From: Laetmonice hystrix
Taxonomy: Eukaryota
Length of the DNA stretch: 64,000 nucleotides
Assembly (NCBI GenBank): GCA_965235115.1
Contig: OZ249436.1
Location: 26,848,001-26,912,000 of the forward strand
Direction of reading: 5' to 3'
The position numbers and the translations under genes were made by a program. The notes beneath the pieces were generated by a model. That model did not search any database. It was not told the origin of the DNA and was given only the letters and a program-made list of their open reading frames with translations. This document shows, piece by piece, positions 50,931 through 64,000 of the stretch; within the stretch, counting starts at the first letter, position 1, and each line of letters opens with the position of its first letter.

Positions 50931-53900
50931 TTCCGCTGCTGCCGCCCCCAATCGCCGCCCCTCCCGTCTCGCGTCCCCACGGACTGTGCCTTCCCTACTC
51001 CGACGTGCCGCTGGGCCCCCTCGGGTCCCTGCCCGCCCCATCCCCGTCTCTCCCAACCTAAATATTGTGATCGTTTTATTCAACCAACATTCAGCGTCAT
51101 CGAAGCATTTGAACTGACTCCAAAGAACACACATCATTCTATACCTAGATGTCCGCTTAATTTGTTCCCTTATCGTTATCGCATTGTATCGGATACTTTG
51201 GTCGCTATACCTGCCCTCTCACGTCTGAAAGCCAGCCGGGCAGTGAATTGGACAAACATATGTTCTACTCTGTCGGTGGTGTGGTCCGTTTTCTGCCTCC
51301 GGGGTAAATTCGCGCCCTGTGGTCTCGAAGGGTGGAGCACCTCGTACTCACGCTGAACATGAGAGGTAATTTATACTGCTGCAGCCTCTGTAAGCACACG
51401 CCCCCTAGACTTAACCTACCGTTAAACCTGCTGGACATTTCTATCGGGATTTCACCAACGTTCATTAACAAGTAACTCGATAGCGGTTTCGGCGAGGGTT
51501 ATTGCGCGGTGTGTGGAGGACTGGGGTGGCTCAGGACGGGTGGGGTTTGCGGCGGCGGGGGAGGGGGTATTTTCGGATATTCCCTTCAGCAGGAAACGGT
51601 CGTCGTGAGGCAGGTGATTGGGTGCCGGGGAGGAGGTGGTCGGTGTCGGGTGTCCAGGCCCGTGGGTCCCGGCGACAAGCCGATTGCTGGGTCTCTTCTC
51701 ACCTCGGCTAGCAACACGATCCACAGAAACGGCGGCTTAACCGCATTATAATCCGAAAGATATTTCCTTAAGTTGCATGTTACAGTGACATCCCATTTCG
51801 TTTGAATGGTGTAACGGCAGAGGGGCAGCTGGGGTTGGGTATTTTAAACCCACGGTGCCCAGTCGGCTGGTTCCCACGCTTTCCTATATAAAGGCCTATA
51901 TTATATATACGTATATATTATCAAAGCACGCATATATAAATGAAGGGCCATGTAATATATTAGCAAATATTATGTCATGCAGCACTTACAGTATTAACAG
52001 GGTTTCAAGCAGAATGCAGTAGGCCTATCCAGGTATAGGTCCCATCTCTGCCGTATATACCTACTTTGTTATAACTCCGCCGGCTATATATGCATGAAAA
52101 ATAACATACATACAAGCTCCTTCTTGTTTTACTCCCCCTTCTTTACATTAATTGTGTTAAAATTGATGATTTAACAATATGTTGAGGCATCAAATAAAAG
52201 GGATAGGCGAAAGATAAAACACCAGTATGGATTAAGATTGAGGGAAGGCGTTGAGGCCGTGGTAGCAATGAACGCGGCAATATTTCCTCTCTGAGGGAAG
52301 AAAATTGCCGACTTTGTCATTATGATTTCATATACACACAGCAATTTGCCCGCCAGCCCGGCGTACTTACGGTGATTAGAAACGGCGCTTGTATCCGACT
52401 CCCACAAACAAAGCCATTTTTCATTGATAAACCGAATCCCTTGACACCAAACATGGCGATAATTAATGGTACCGATCTCTGCGGTTACTCCACTAAACTC
52501 ATATGTTTGCTAAGAGCGCCTCATTTTTAGTGGTATTAAAAATTGCTGGCTGAGCTTGTGCCTCCGGTGCTTATACAAACACGGGTGCAGGAATTCATAT
52601 ATGATATATATACATAGTATGATATATTCAAACAAAAGTTATCATATTATAGTATAATACTTTTTTCATTTATTTATGTTATGTTTCTCATAATGACAGT
52701 GATGTGAAATTATTACAGTCCTTTCATTTCCACGACTCTGTACCTCTGTAATCTTCTTGCTACACGTATAATATAGGCCTATATGTAATACTGTTGATGG
52801 TGTTTTGTGCAAATAACCAAATGTGTTGGCGCCCAGTGATATCAGTCTTTTTATGTTTCCTTTAGTTGCCAGCAAACACGCAAGGCCAGACAAGTAGGCT
52901 TTCCAAACATTTATATCTGGAATAATAGAGGCGGCGACAACGCCATTGGTTGCGATGCGCCCTGTGGTCGAAAGGGGGGAAGGGCAGACAGAACAGAAGT
53001 ACAACTGTTCGATTGGGGCAATTTTCACCCATCCCATCTGTCAGTGTAGTTCACAGTGTGCTAGAAAATAATCCCGAAATGGTCTCTACATGACAATAGG
53101 CATTCTGCTTGAGTTCGCCACCCACCGAACCACACCAGCCCGCTCCGTAGCGGGTCCATCGTTAAAAGTCGAGCCGCCTGTCATTGAAGACTTTCACGGG
53201 GCCGCCTGGCTGAAACAGTTTTCAATGTGGTGGGTTTTTAATGGAGAGATTAAAAATGGGCTGGCTGCGCGATGACACACTGCGAGGGCCAATTTGGACG
53301 CGACGTGCGCCAAACGCAGCAGCAGACGACTGCAAGCGTAGCGCGTTCACGTCTGTTCAAGGACGTCGACGGCGGCGCGTTCAGACACGTTATCTGTCGT
53401 CTGCTCATTGATTTTTCACGTGGTGCTAGAAACGTCGCTACGTTTGTGTATGGAGAGTGGCGTAATGGGGGCCGGCATGTGTCGGTGCGGGAGGGGGTAC
53501 CTGAAATAGCTGACTCGGATCCAACGTGGCTATGGTCTCTCCACAAGAAGTTTAGGTCTAGAGTCCCATAGAAACATACATTTTAAATTAGGGCGAAGTC
53601 GGAGTCCTCGAATCTCAATGAGCATGTTTGGCACAAACATGGTGTGCTTTTCTGTAAGCCGGCTGTGAAACGTTGTTACTGAGAAAGCAATAACAATGGT
53701 GATCACAGCAGCAGACTGCTTCTCATACTATATAAGTCTACCCCTTAATTTCCTTTGTATATCGCAACAGCTTAGATCACGAATGGTACATGAGGCCTCT
53801 TGCATGAATAAGCAAAGGTTATATAGATCTATACATCATAGTGATTTATAGTTCCCCCGAGGAGTTGAGAAATAAACATTGCTTGCATGTCTAAAACATT

Positions 53901-54209
53901 GTTCTCGCAGCCTTATTCATCTTCGGCCTCGCAGAGGGACACTATACTTGTACTAAAACATGATTTATAAACTTAGTACAATATGCAATATGAAAGAGGT
54001 GGGATTGTTTTCAATGGTAATACTCTGCGACTTCTGACACGATATCAAGATATGGAGCAGAAGTGTTAGAAACCTAAGGCGAACAGCCTGTAATTGGCCG
54101 CTATATAGACGAGACGACTATAGATTGACAGATCTCCCGAGGCGTTCTTTATGACTATTGCGATGGTTGACCTTCATGCGGTATCGGGATGCGACTGAAG
54201 AACGGAAGC

Positions 54210-54835
54210 AGGGAGGGAGGGAGGGAGGGAGGGAGTGAGGGGGAGAAGGGGAGGAGGGGAGAGAAGGAGGGAGGGGAGAGAGGGGAGAGAAGGAGGGAGG
54301 GGAGGAGGAGGGAGGAGAGAGAGGGAGGGGAGGGGAGGGGGAGAGAAGGGGAGGAGGGGAGAGAAGGAGGGGGAGAGAGGGGAGAGAAGGAGGGAGAGGA
54401 GGGGAGGGAGGAGAGAGAGGGAGGGAGAGGATGGAGGGAGGGGAGAGAAGGAGGGAGGGGAGGGGAGAGAAGGAGGGAGGGGAGAGAAGGAGGGAGGGGA
54501 GAGAGGGGAGAGAAGGAGGGGGAGGAGAGAGAGGGAGGGAGAGGAGGGGGGAGGAGGGAGGGAGGGGAGAGAAGGAGGGAGGGGAGAGAGGGGAGAGAAG
54601 GAGGGAGGGGAGGGGGAGGGAGGAGAGGGAGGGAGGGAGAGGAGGGGAGAGGAGGGAGGGAGGGGAGAGAAGGCGGGAGGGGAGTGGGGAGAGAAGGAGG
54701 GAGGGGAGGGGGAGGGAGGAGAGAGAGGGAGGGAGAGGAGGGGAGAGGAGGGAGGGAGGGGAGAGAAGGCGGGAGGGGAGTGGGGAGAGAAGGAGGGAGG
54801 GGAGAGAAGGAGGGAGGGGAGAGAGGGGGATAAGG
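54210..54835 (+). repeat. Polypurine (GGA/GA) low-complexity array
   Basis: Almost exclusively G and A over ~620 bp, with GGGGAGAGAAGGAGGGA recurring. Confidence 0.95.
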
Positions 54836-55328
54836 AGGTAGGGGTGAGGAAAGGAAACTGGCGCTATCATGAGACGTTCTCGTGTTGCAGCAGCTGCACA
54901 CGGTGGATAGCGGCTAACACTTGGCGCGGTGTTAGCGAGTTGCGTGTCGGTTAATGCCCCTATAACGGCGACCAATTAGCGGCGACGTCTGAAGACAAGG
55001 CATGCGCCGCCGCACCGTGTGTGTGTGTACGTAAAACGTCACTATGTTGCTTTCTGTTGGAGGCGGCGGCCGATGTGAACAAGGTATGCCTACATAAACA
55101 CGTCAAATAACCGACCATCCGCTTGTGTTGGTTTGTAGGAAATGGACATTGTGTTGCGTTTTCTATGTTATTATAACGTATAATTTATGTAGGAATCCGA
55201 ATTTGTGTTGACTTCGGAAAGGTAAAAAGGACTGTATACTTTTTGAATTCGGGATGGTATTGTTTTCTGCCCGAGTTGTATGGATTGCTTCAAATAAAGA
55301 TATATATATATATATACGGCTCAGTATT

Positions 55329-55395
55329 AACGATTTATGTGTTACTTCTCGTTTCGAATAAACGATTTATGTGTTACTTCTCGTTTCGAATAAAC
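55329..55395 (+). repeat. Perfect 32-bp tandem duplication
   Basis: AACGATTTATGTGTTACTTCTCGTTTCGAATA twice. Confidence 0.9.
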
Positions 55396-58300
55396 TGTAT
55401 GTAAAATTTGTAGTTAGAGAAAAAAAAGTCTGGTGAATGAATACGGTATGGTGGGAGGTGTGCGAAACATCATATACACGTAGTCCTTATAGTGCATGAC
55501 TGTCATCTTTCTAAAGCCAACTTGTCCATGTATAATGTCTATCAGGATTCCGTGGAATCAGGGACAGTAGCATGTCTTTAGCAAGAGATATAACATGACG
55601 AAATGTATGTGTAATGTGTTATTCGCATGTTGTTCAGCGTTGTTAGATGTTCTGGAGACACATTGTCCAGAAAAATAGGTACATGGACCATGTATATAGG
55701 CGTATCGGCAGCTTTAAGTATCAAAGCAGAATCCGTTTTATATAATATTCAGAACAATTCTATTCTAAAATTAGTATACCCTATGTATTATTATAGGCCT
55801 ACAATAAGTAGGCCTATTGTAGCCCTCTCCAACCCTCCCCGGACCCCTACCTTCAAGAGTTCCCACCGGCCGCCAGGTGAGTTGAACTCAGATGAGGTGG
55901 GGGTAAGACCACTCCACCCCACCCCTCCGACACACACACCTGTGGGCTCACCGATTCCTTATTCCAGACAAGTTCCTGCTGGCGGTCGTTGCATGCCATC
56001 GATCTGCCATGAGACCCGCCGGTACATAACGCCGACACCCGCCGGAGATGATCACCATGTCCCCCGGCCCGGACCGGGCCCCTGCCCGGCCCCCGCCCGG
56101 CCCCTCCCCGTCTCGATCCCCGGGCCACGTACAGCCCGCACAACCCGACCACGCCGCTAGCAATTACGAGAAGAATATGAAGACGAACGACAATGGCACT
56201 GATGGTAATCGCCGACCAGCAGGCACCGCCAGTCCCCATGTGGGTCGTCCGATTTAGACTACTCCAAGGCAGGATCGAATACAGTTCATGGATTCGTTTA
56301 ACCAAATTGCCGTCACTATTCTTTAGCCACGCGGCGCGCCACAAAATGAGGCGGGCCCGTTAAATGAACGCTAGCGGCGTACCCGCCAGCTTCTTACAAC
56401 GTGCCCCGGGTAGCGTTCGTGCATGGACCGCACGTTTAAAGGAAAGATTAACATTTCAACGTATTCTCGTAATGAGCTCCATTCACAAATTTCCGTAGGC
56501 AGCTCGTTCGTTTTCCCCTCTTCATTCTTCTTATCTGACACGGGCCGGGGACATGCTCGGAGGAATTAAGGCTATAGAAGCACACACCCTGAATATAAAA
56601 AAAATAATTGTGCCCCTCGGGTGATAATGTAAGATTTGATCATAATGTGTGACGGCATGGTGGGCTGTGGGACAGTGGAGTTAATGTGACCACACGGAGG
56701 CTAATGGTCACATGGCAACAGGTCACACTCTGTTCACAGGCAACTCCTCCTGGCTGTGCACATGCACGCCGGCCAATGTTAACATTATAGGATAACGTAA
56801 TTGTTCAGTTGATATTGATTGGTTACTGTTTATCCCGATCCCGACACAAGTCCGCAGACTTATACATGGAGGTGTGTTCTCTCTCGCTCATCTATATACA
56901 GACATATCTTTAAATTGTTTATATAATTATGGATTATGAAAGTAACTTTAGGTTCGCTTTGATTTGTATGTTGGTATAGCGTTTTTGACAGTGCAGACCG
57001 GATCAATTTGTTATGGCTTATATTCGGTACCTAAGACCATCTGTTGTATATACCCTTGTAGAGATACAAGAGAATCGATCGAACAAAGACCATGTCACAT
57101 ATATGACATGTGTTGATTGTATTTAAAACTTATAGGTTTAAAACTTAGGTGATCAATGCATATTTTTGTGGTCTGTATACTCTATACATATACATAGTAC
57201 TATTTGAGAAATCTTTGTATTACTGTGTCTGGTTGTGGTTGTGCATCAATATGCGGGAGCGACTTTACACAGTGACTTAGTCATGATTGAGGTTCATGAT
57301 ACACATTTGAGAAAAAAGATGAAAGCCAAATGAACAAATCGTCCACATCATGCGACGACTTCCAGAATAACGTCAAATAAAACAAAGAAATCTATGGTAA
57401 ACTTTATGTATCCATACAATCATGGGACTGGGAAAGAGAGTATGATCATGAGGGAACTCATGAATACCTTATGTTTCACAAAACGAACCACATCAGCCTG
57501 GACATAAAAAAACAACCTTTCAATAATCGTTGTAGCTCAATGTTATATAATGGGCAAATGTATACACAAAGGAAAGCTTTTTAACCCCGATTATCAAAGG
57601 TATTTTACAATCGGCAGGGGAATGTAAATATATAACGTGCACATTATTTCCTCCATATACCAATGCAGATTTCCAGCTGTTTCATCCGGCCCCGCCGCCC
57701 CTCAATATAGCAAAGTTTTCGGTGTAAAAGCCCACCGTCCCAATTACTTGTTGCACACAGGACTCTGTGGCATCTGATAGACATGTCGGTGGTCCGCGTT
57801 ATTGGGAAGATTTGTGCCCTGTTTGAAAACCCTTTGCAAGCAAGGACAACTAGTTTGAAAATAGGAGCACAAAATAATCCACACACAGCGGAGGTGGCGT
57901 GAATGGGCTTGATATTCGTGCGCGACGGGGCGCTTGTCCCATTGTATGGGGGCCGTTTAAAAGGGGAGGGTGAGAAAGGTCCCTAGGAGGGGCCCCCACC
58001 CGCTGGGCCCGGACCGACAGAGGTGGGCCCCCGGTACCGGTCACTGTACCTCAATACCGAGTGTGCGTGCGCAGAATGTGCGCGCATGGAACCCGTCTTT
58101 TGGAGGCGTTCCACTGGCCTGTCAATCACCCCCCCCCCCCCGGTCTCCCTCTCACCTCTCTCTGTCTCTCCCTCTCCTCCCATCCTGTATATCTTCCCAC
58201 ACGGGACGCCCGACTCATTCCGTTTTCAATGGCCGACCCTCCTCACGATTCACAGCTATTCCTTATTTTCAATGACATTTTCCGAAGCGGTGGGAACCGA

Positions 58301-58605
58301 GCATAAGGATACAGACAGTTGGCCGTTGTATTCATTCCAAACTTGTTACCCATGGAAACTCTATCAACATGTTTCTTTGCTTTGAAATAAAGGAAAAGGT
58401 TGGCTGCATATCAACAATTTTTGAATGAGTATTTGAGAAATATAAAACTGTCAGCTGTTGGAAAATGTTTATCTACTTTATCGGCAATAATGTATCATGC
58501 ATGCATTGCCTTTGCGACCATGATAGAGTTACTCCATAAAACCCTTCTACGAGTGTTGGGCATGTCAAGTCTCAATAGTTTGCCTTCACTGTCATATAAT
58601 ATTAA

Positions 58606-58979
58606 AGTAATCACGGAGTACATATCTTTCATTTCAATGACCCCAAAATGCAGACATAGGTTGTTAGGCTAGACAAGACCTAAGACTACATAAATCAATT
58701 AATGTTTACCCACAGAAATGACTTGAACAACCAATGAAATTCATCGGGCGATGAACCGATGAATTTCATTGGCTGTTCGCGTCAATGCGAGGTCAACAAC
58801 CAGCCATGAGACGATCGCTTCATAGCAACAACAGGCAACTGGAATATTGAATTTCATTAGAGTTTTCTATTGCTGTGGTTAAATATTTATGGAGTTATGT
58901 AGTCTATTGTTATCTATATAACCTAACAGCCCATGTCCGCATTTTGGAGTCATTGAAATGAGAGATATCGGTGATTGCT
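58606..58979. mobile_element. 374-bp TTAA-flanked palindromic MITE with Kolobok-type ends
   Basis: TTAA at 58602-58605 and 58980-58983, with AG...CT termini. Imperfect inverted arms of ~110-130 bp (ATATCTTTCATTTCAATGACCCCAAAATGC versus GCATTTTGGAGTCATTGAAATGAGAGATAT). An internal hairpin with a 23-bp stem lies at 58725-58778. Confidence 0.8.
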
Positions 58980-61900
58980 TTAAGACATATATCACCGTCG
59001 TCATACATTACCTTTCTTTCTAAATGAATATATAGAGGGCCGGTTAGTTGCTTATTCTACTATTCATCAGTCATTTGACTAAACCTTGACTATATGTGCT
59101 ATTTAGCAGTCAAAGACCGTGTCTCATTATACTGGCCTTAATTACGTACACCCCCCCCCCCTCTAAAGCATGCTGTTGATATCTACCCTGGAAAGTCGAC
59201 CTAACGTTTGAATATCCTGCCCGAGATGCTTTGTAATTTGAGAATTTTGATTGGAAAAGTAGAGACGGATGACTGAGGCAGTCAATGAATTAGCCATTCG
59301 GTGTCTTGAAAAAGTTATCAGCCGCCAAATCAGGGTCACGTTCATCCGACTAATTGTAGTTATTTCCGAGTACAGGTGGTAGTTGTGGCTCTCTACCCTA
59401 TCGGGATGTGAAAGGCGCCACATCTGCCCGACATACACATCATGTCACTTCAATCGACCTGAGGGATAGCAACACAAAACCCCGGCTTTCTCAACACGCA
59501 AAGCTCATTGATACTTTCACACTTGGAGAACAAAGCGTTGAAGGGGACGTTACACTAGAGACCCATCAAAACATCCACGCCATCAGATGGATCGTAAACG
59601 CTGTCAAAGATGGAGATATTTGAAAAGACTAATCTTGTTTTGGGTGACGTCGTCTGCATGAAGAACAAAGTAACGAGGCAAAAAGTCCGGGACATGCAGA
59701 GTCACTCCACACCCACGCTCTACGCTCTACGCTCTACACCCACCCCGATCTGTTTCACGTTGTTTTCGATGCCCTGGAACAACCCAAAAGTTTAAGATAC
59801 ACTTTAATGCCAAATTCATACCCACTGAGCCGCTTGGTCAATTCTGACATTAAATAAGCTTTCCCCCATTTGGTTTAGTGAGTTTTTACGGATACCAAAA
59901 TAGTTCACAGACGAAGACAGACGGGAACGTTGACGGTATACAACTCAGCCTCGTTCACACCAACATGTATACAACTACATTATATTACATATAATCATCT
60001 AAGATAATAATGTCAGGGATTATAAACATCCTCACCATAATAAGATAACTCTAATAGTACCGACAACAACGCTAATCCTTACAAAGCATTAATCCTAAAT
60101 GAACGTAACATTCGAAATCCCACTGCTTCTGTCACGTTGGTGCGCGCTTTTTGTTTCAAAGCCTGAGCTGAAATCATCAATAAATCATTTCTTTCATTTC
60201 GGCATTTATAACAATTAAATTGATTTGGTCAGCTGTCCGGAACATCGCGGAACAGCAAACAAGATTATAGCCTCTTTTATTTAAACCAAAAGCAAAAACA
60301 AGTTCTTTGATTCTCATTTCCTCCTGATTGCAGTCAACTCAATCCATTTGCAAGCAACCGCTTTCGACGTGCGGTCTCAGTGGATAGACCGAAAACGTGA
60401 GTTTGTCATCACCAGTGCTTCATATGTAATTCATGATATCAAGTGAGGTTATACTGATAAACAGGAGTGTTGACAGCTTAAAATACTCCTGTGACATTTG
60501 TTGCGATAAGACCATAAATATCTGAGACCAGTGACTGCCTTGGCGTGTATACAAACAGTGAAGTTGATTAAACATGAATACACTTCCACAGCTATGGATG
60601 TGATCTACCACCTGGGTCCTCTTTATAAATACGGGACACAACATGGTGATTCTATAGGCCTTGAATTCTCCAGTGGCTAGAACTTTTTATACTTTTCGGT
60701 GTCTTTTCTCTTTGGTGAATGGCCAACGTTTTCCAGAAGGCGTGCAAGACCTTGCCAAAACAATCACGTAAAATTAATTGATTAAAGAAATGTATGTCTG
60801 ATAAAATCTAAAATCATAAGGAAATTCTGTTAATATACGTTATCTTACACCAGTGAGATAGTTCTCCTGTTGGCCGTTGGGGCTTGGGCATAATACACAG
60901 ACAACCTGATAGACCAACAATAAGACACTCATAAAATACAATATATGCCAAAACCATCTACACTATTTTGTTATGCATATTTACGTGCGCGCGATCTGGT
61001 ATTTGATATAGCTATTGTCTCACCGTGGAAATAGTAGACAATACTGCGTAGACAAGAGTATGTCAGCACTAATGAAAATATCACATTTATATAACAGATA
61101 CCAGGATCATGTGCGCCTGCTATAATAACTTCACATTTCAGACTGCTATGAATATTTTCACCTATCATAAAACAGTGACGATTTTCTTCAGCGGTGTCTT
61201 GGTTTCAACAATTCAACAAATTCAACTTGGCTATAGTATAGAGCAGCGATGGAAACTGCCACCAACTGGTGCTGTGCATACGAACCAGTTGGTCAGTGGA
61301 ATGCCAAACAGTTAGGTTGCTGGCTAATCGCATTGCCAGCCGGCCGCTATGCCTTGTTATAGAGCAGGCGCCCGATGGAACTGGACACAAATATCATTAT
61401 ACCGTCTGGGGAAATTCACAGCAGACGTTCGAGTCCAATGCGTCAGGCCAAATTACGAGGTCAACGCTCACGGATACGGCCGAACTGTTGCTGGTCCTTG
61501 CTCCCCCCCGTCCCGTTTTTTAGGGGGAGGGGGTTACCCGGCAAACAAAGGTGTTTCCTCTCTGGCTGCAAGCAGTCAATATTATCTTGGATGATAAAGG
61601 AACATAATCTGCCGTGGAAACAATCCGACATAGGACTATATTTTATACTACTATACTACTATACTACGGGGCGTAAAAAGATTGAATTCTTTCTTATCAT
61701 TTCGAATATAATTTTTCATATATGTGTCTATTTGGACTGCATGCATGGTTCGGTAAGTTTAATTAAATACATGTATATTGTATACTAGGGGTGTTATCAT
61801 GCTAATGTATACGTACGTGTATACGCCATGTATAATGAAAGACATATTATTGTGCACCCACCTCTGGTTTATGGCATTACCTGTACTTACACCCTATATG

Positions 61901-62727
61901 TATAATATATCTGTATACAGGTATATGTATATAGTGTGTTTGTGTGTATGACTACATGCCAAGTGTACATAAGCGGGAGGGTGTATTACCTACGTGTATA
62001 ATGTTATTACTAAAGTGCCCGTTTTTTGTGTTACAATACCCTCGGCACACCCGTCTGAAATCACACGCAGAGAATTGATGTTAGCACTGGCGGCGCTGTT
62101 TTATAGCCGTTCATGACAAGGATCCTCGAGGATGGAACAGGAGGCCCTCATAATCCTCCACGATCAGCATCTCGGGTACCATTCGTGATGGATCCCCGCA
62201 CTCGCAATCCAATGGCCATTTATCTGAGGACCGTCCTCATCCTGCTCCGGAGTCCTCGTCTGAGTCCTTGTGGGATTAGAGGGACTCAATCAAGGTCATT
62301 AGATTAGGGGCATTCCCTTCTGTCGCCGCATGACGAGAAAGTACTTGAGGTCATTGATTAGCTATTCCTACTTCTGAAAGTGTGATGACGTACCGCATAA
62401 TTACGATTCTTGTGGCCCAGATTGGATCAAATCATATTCATAATTCGGGAGGAAAATGGATCAGGATACCTTCATGTTTAATGTTTGACTGCCCTCTGAT
62501 TGACGTCCGCACGATGGCGCTCGCGGGGGGACAGGGGACAGGGGGCTGGGGACTGGGGACTGGGGACCGGGAGGCAGAAGGACGGACTAAAATAATAATT
62601 CATGAATGATTTTCTTCGAGAGCGTTTAGGGTCGTTTCTTTTTATTTAGGCGATTTCCGGTGTTACTAAAGTTGTTTCGGATGGGTCCATTTGTAGATTC
62701 TTGTCTGCATGTGTGTGACTTGGTGTG

Positions 62728-62831
62728 AAGAGAGAGAGAGAGACAGACAGACAGACCGGCAGAGAGAGACGGAGAGAGGGACAGACAGAGAGAGACAGAG
62801 AGAGAGACAGACAGAGAGAGACAGAGAGAGA
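62728..62831 (+). repeat. (GA/GACA)n microsatellite
   Basis: Direct reading. Confidence 0.9.
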
Positions 62832-64000
62832 ATGCCTTCTAACTGGTCCATCCCACATTGACCCGCATGTTGTGAACGTGCACGGTATACCATCCGTACT
62901 ATAAAGGTCCATGCACGGACCCCCAGAATGTTACCAACTTATATTTTCCCCCTAAAGTTTGCAACCATATTTGGCAGAGTTATATGACGTCATTTGGCGG
63001 CGGAGATCAGCTCGATTGTTGCCCAATTGTTTGCAGGCGTTTGCCGAACAAGGCGCGCCACTGCCCGCGCTGCCCTCCTGCCCTCTGGCGGGCATGTTTC
63101 TTTGTCTTACCTCCCGCCACAGACCCACCAAGGGAGCGGCTGATACGATTAGTGCAAACTCGGCCGACCCAAAGGTTGGCGCACTGCACCAGCAAATCAA
63201 CTGCTTTTAAGCTTTTATTTCTTCATGGGAAAACATTAAGCAACATAACCCAATTTGCCCCCGCAATTTCACTTGACTCTTAAATTATGCAATATGTTTG
63301 GGCAATTCCTCAGCGCGAGCTGTCAAGGTTGATTTTCGCCTAGTCTTTCTTAGCAATTGAATTTTCTGTCGAGGCCGGCTTACAATGGGATTAAGCGAGT
63401 GCCGGTGGAGCTGCGATGAATAATCATTCTCTTAAGGGGCGAGTGATAATCTATGACGGGAGGTGCGGGGCACGAGAGCCGTGTCAGGGGAGGCATTTAG
63501 AGCGGGGTTGTGTCGGGCGGGCGGTGGGCGGCGGTGGCACCTGGCCGGCCGGGCAGGCGTCACCTCGGCCGCCGAGTCCGGCCGCCCACGGTGATGTCCG
63601 TCGGCACCCTCGACCTGACCGAATCCATCCATCCTATACGGCGGCCACCGGTCGGCTGGACGGCCACACATATACACTCGGTAATAGTCCTCTGGCCGTA
63701 TGGGAGGCTGGACCAGGAGTGAACTGCCGGCCACGGGTGTGTCAGGAGCCATCAAACAGCAAGGCTTCCAATAACCAAGGACGTGGGATAGCCACCACAA
63801 CAAGCCCGCAGACCACAGGACCACGCAGGCAGCCAAGCAGGCGCCCCGACTGCTTACACAGAGAGAAGTGCCATGAAAACGTTTTATACTTTCTTTATTA
63901 TCATTTATGTCCATTAACGTATTCAAGGCTAATGTTCCTTACATGTATCCTGCTGCTCGAAAATAAAATTATGAGATATTGTTGTGAAAACGGCATAGAC

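Noticed and set aside
54118..54975. Pro/Leu/Ser or Gly/Arg/Glu ORFs up to 285 aa
   Set aside because: Translations of the polypurine tract.

Overview
This window is eukaryotic (marine-invertebrate-like) genomic DNA: gene-poor and rich in repeats. The only convincing host gene is an apparently intronless forkhead transcription factor at 41433-43187 (+). It is FoxQ2 class, of the type with an Eh1 motif C-terminal to the forkhead domain, and it sits in a gene desert of about 40 kb upstream and 20 kb downstream. The rest is DNA-transposon debris and tandem repeats. At 838-6667 a long-TIR element carries a nested hairpin MITE, two G-rich satellites and a deleted Kolobok transposon (4493-5952). The Kolobok has TTAA TSDs, a THAP N-terminus the ORF track missed, a KolX/P2X7-ballast-like remnant, and a copy of its empty target site next to it. 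Also present are a Mutator-like element (33693-36227) whose terminal palindrome has grown into a 50-bp satellite, a TTAA-flanked MITE, a Crypton-like hairpin element, and several satellites bounded by an inverted unit. The most unusual signal is the palindrome TAGGCCTA, counted about 24 times against about 1 expected. In two repeat copies it is visibly a GGCCTA insertion at a TA site. All family assignments come from motifs recognised by eye; no database searches were run.
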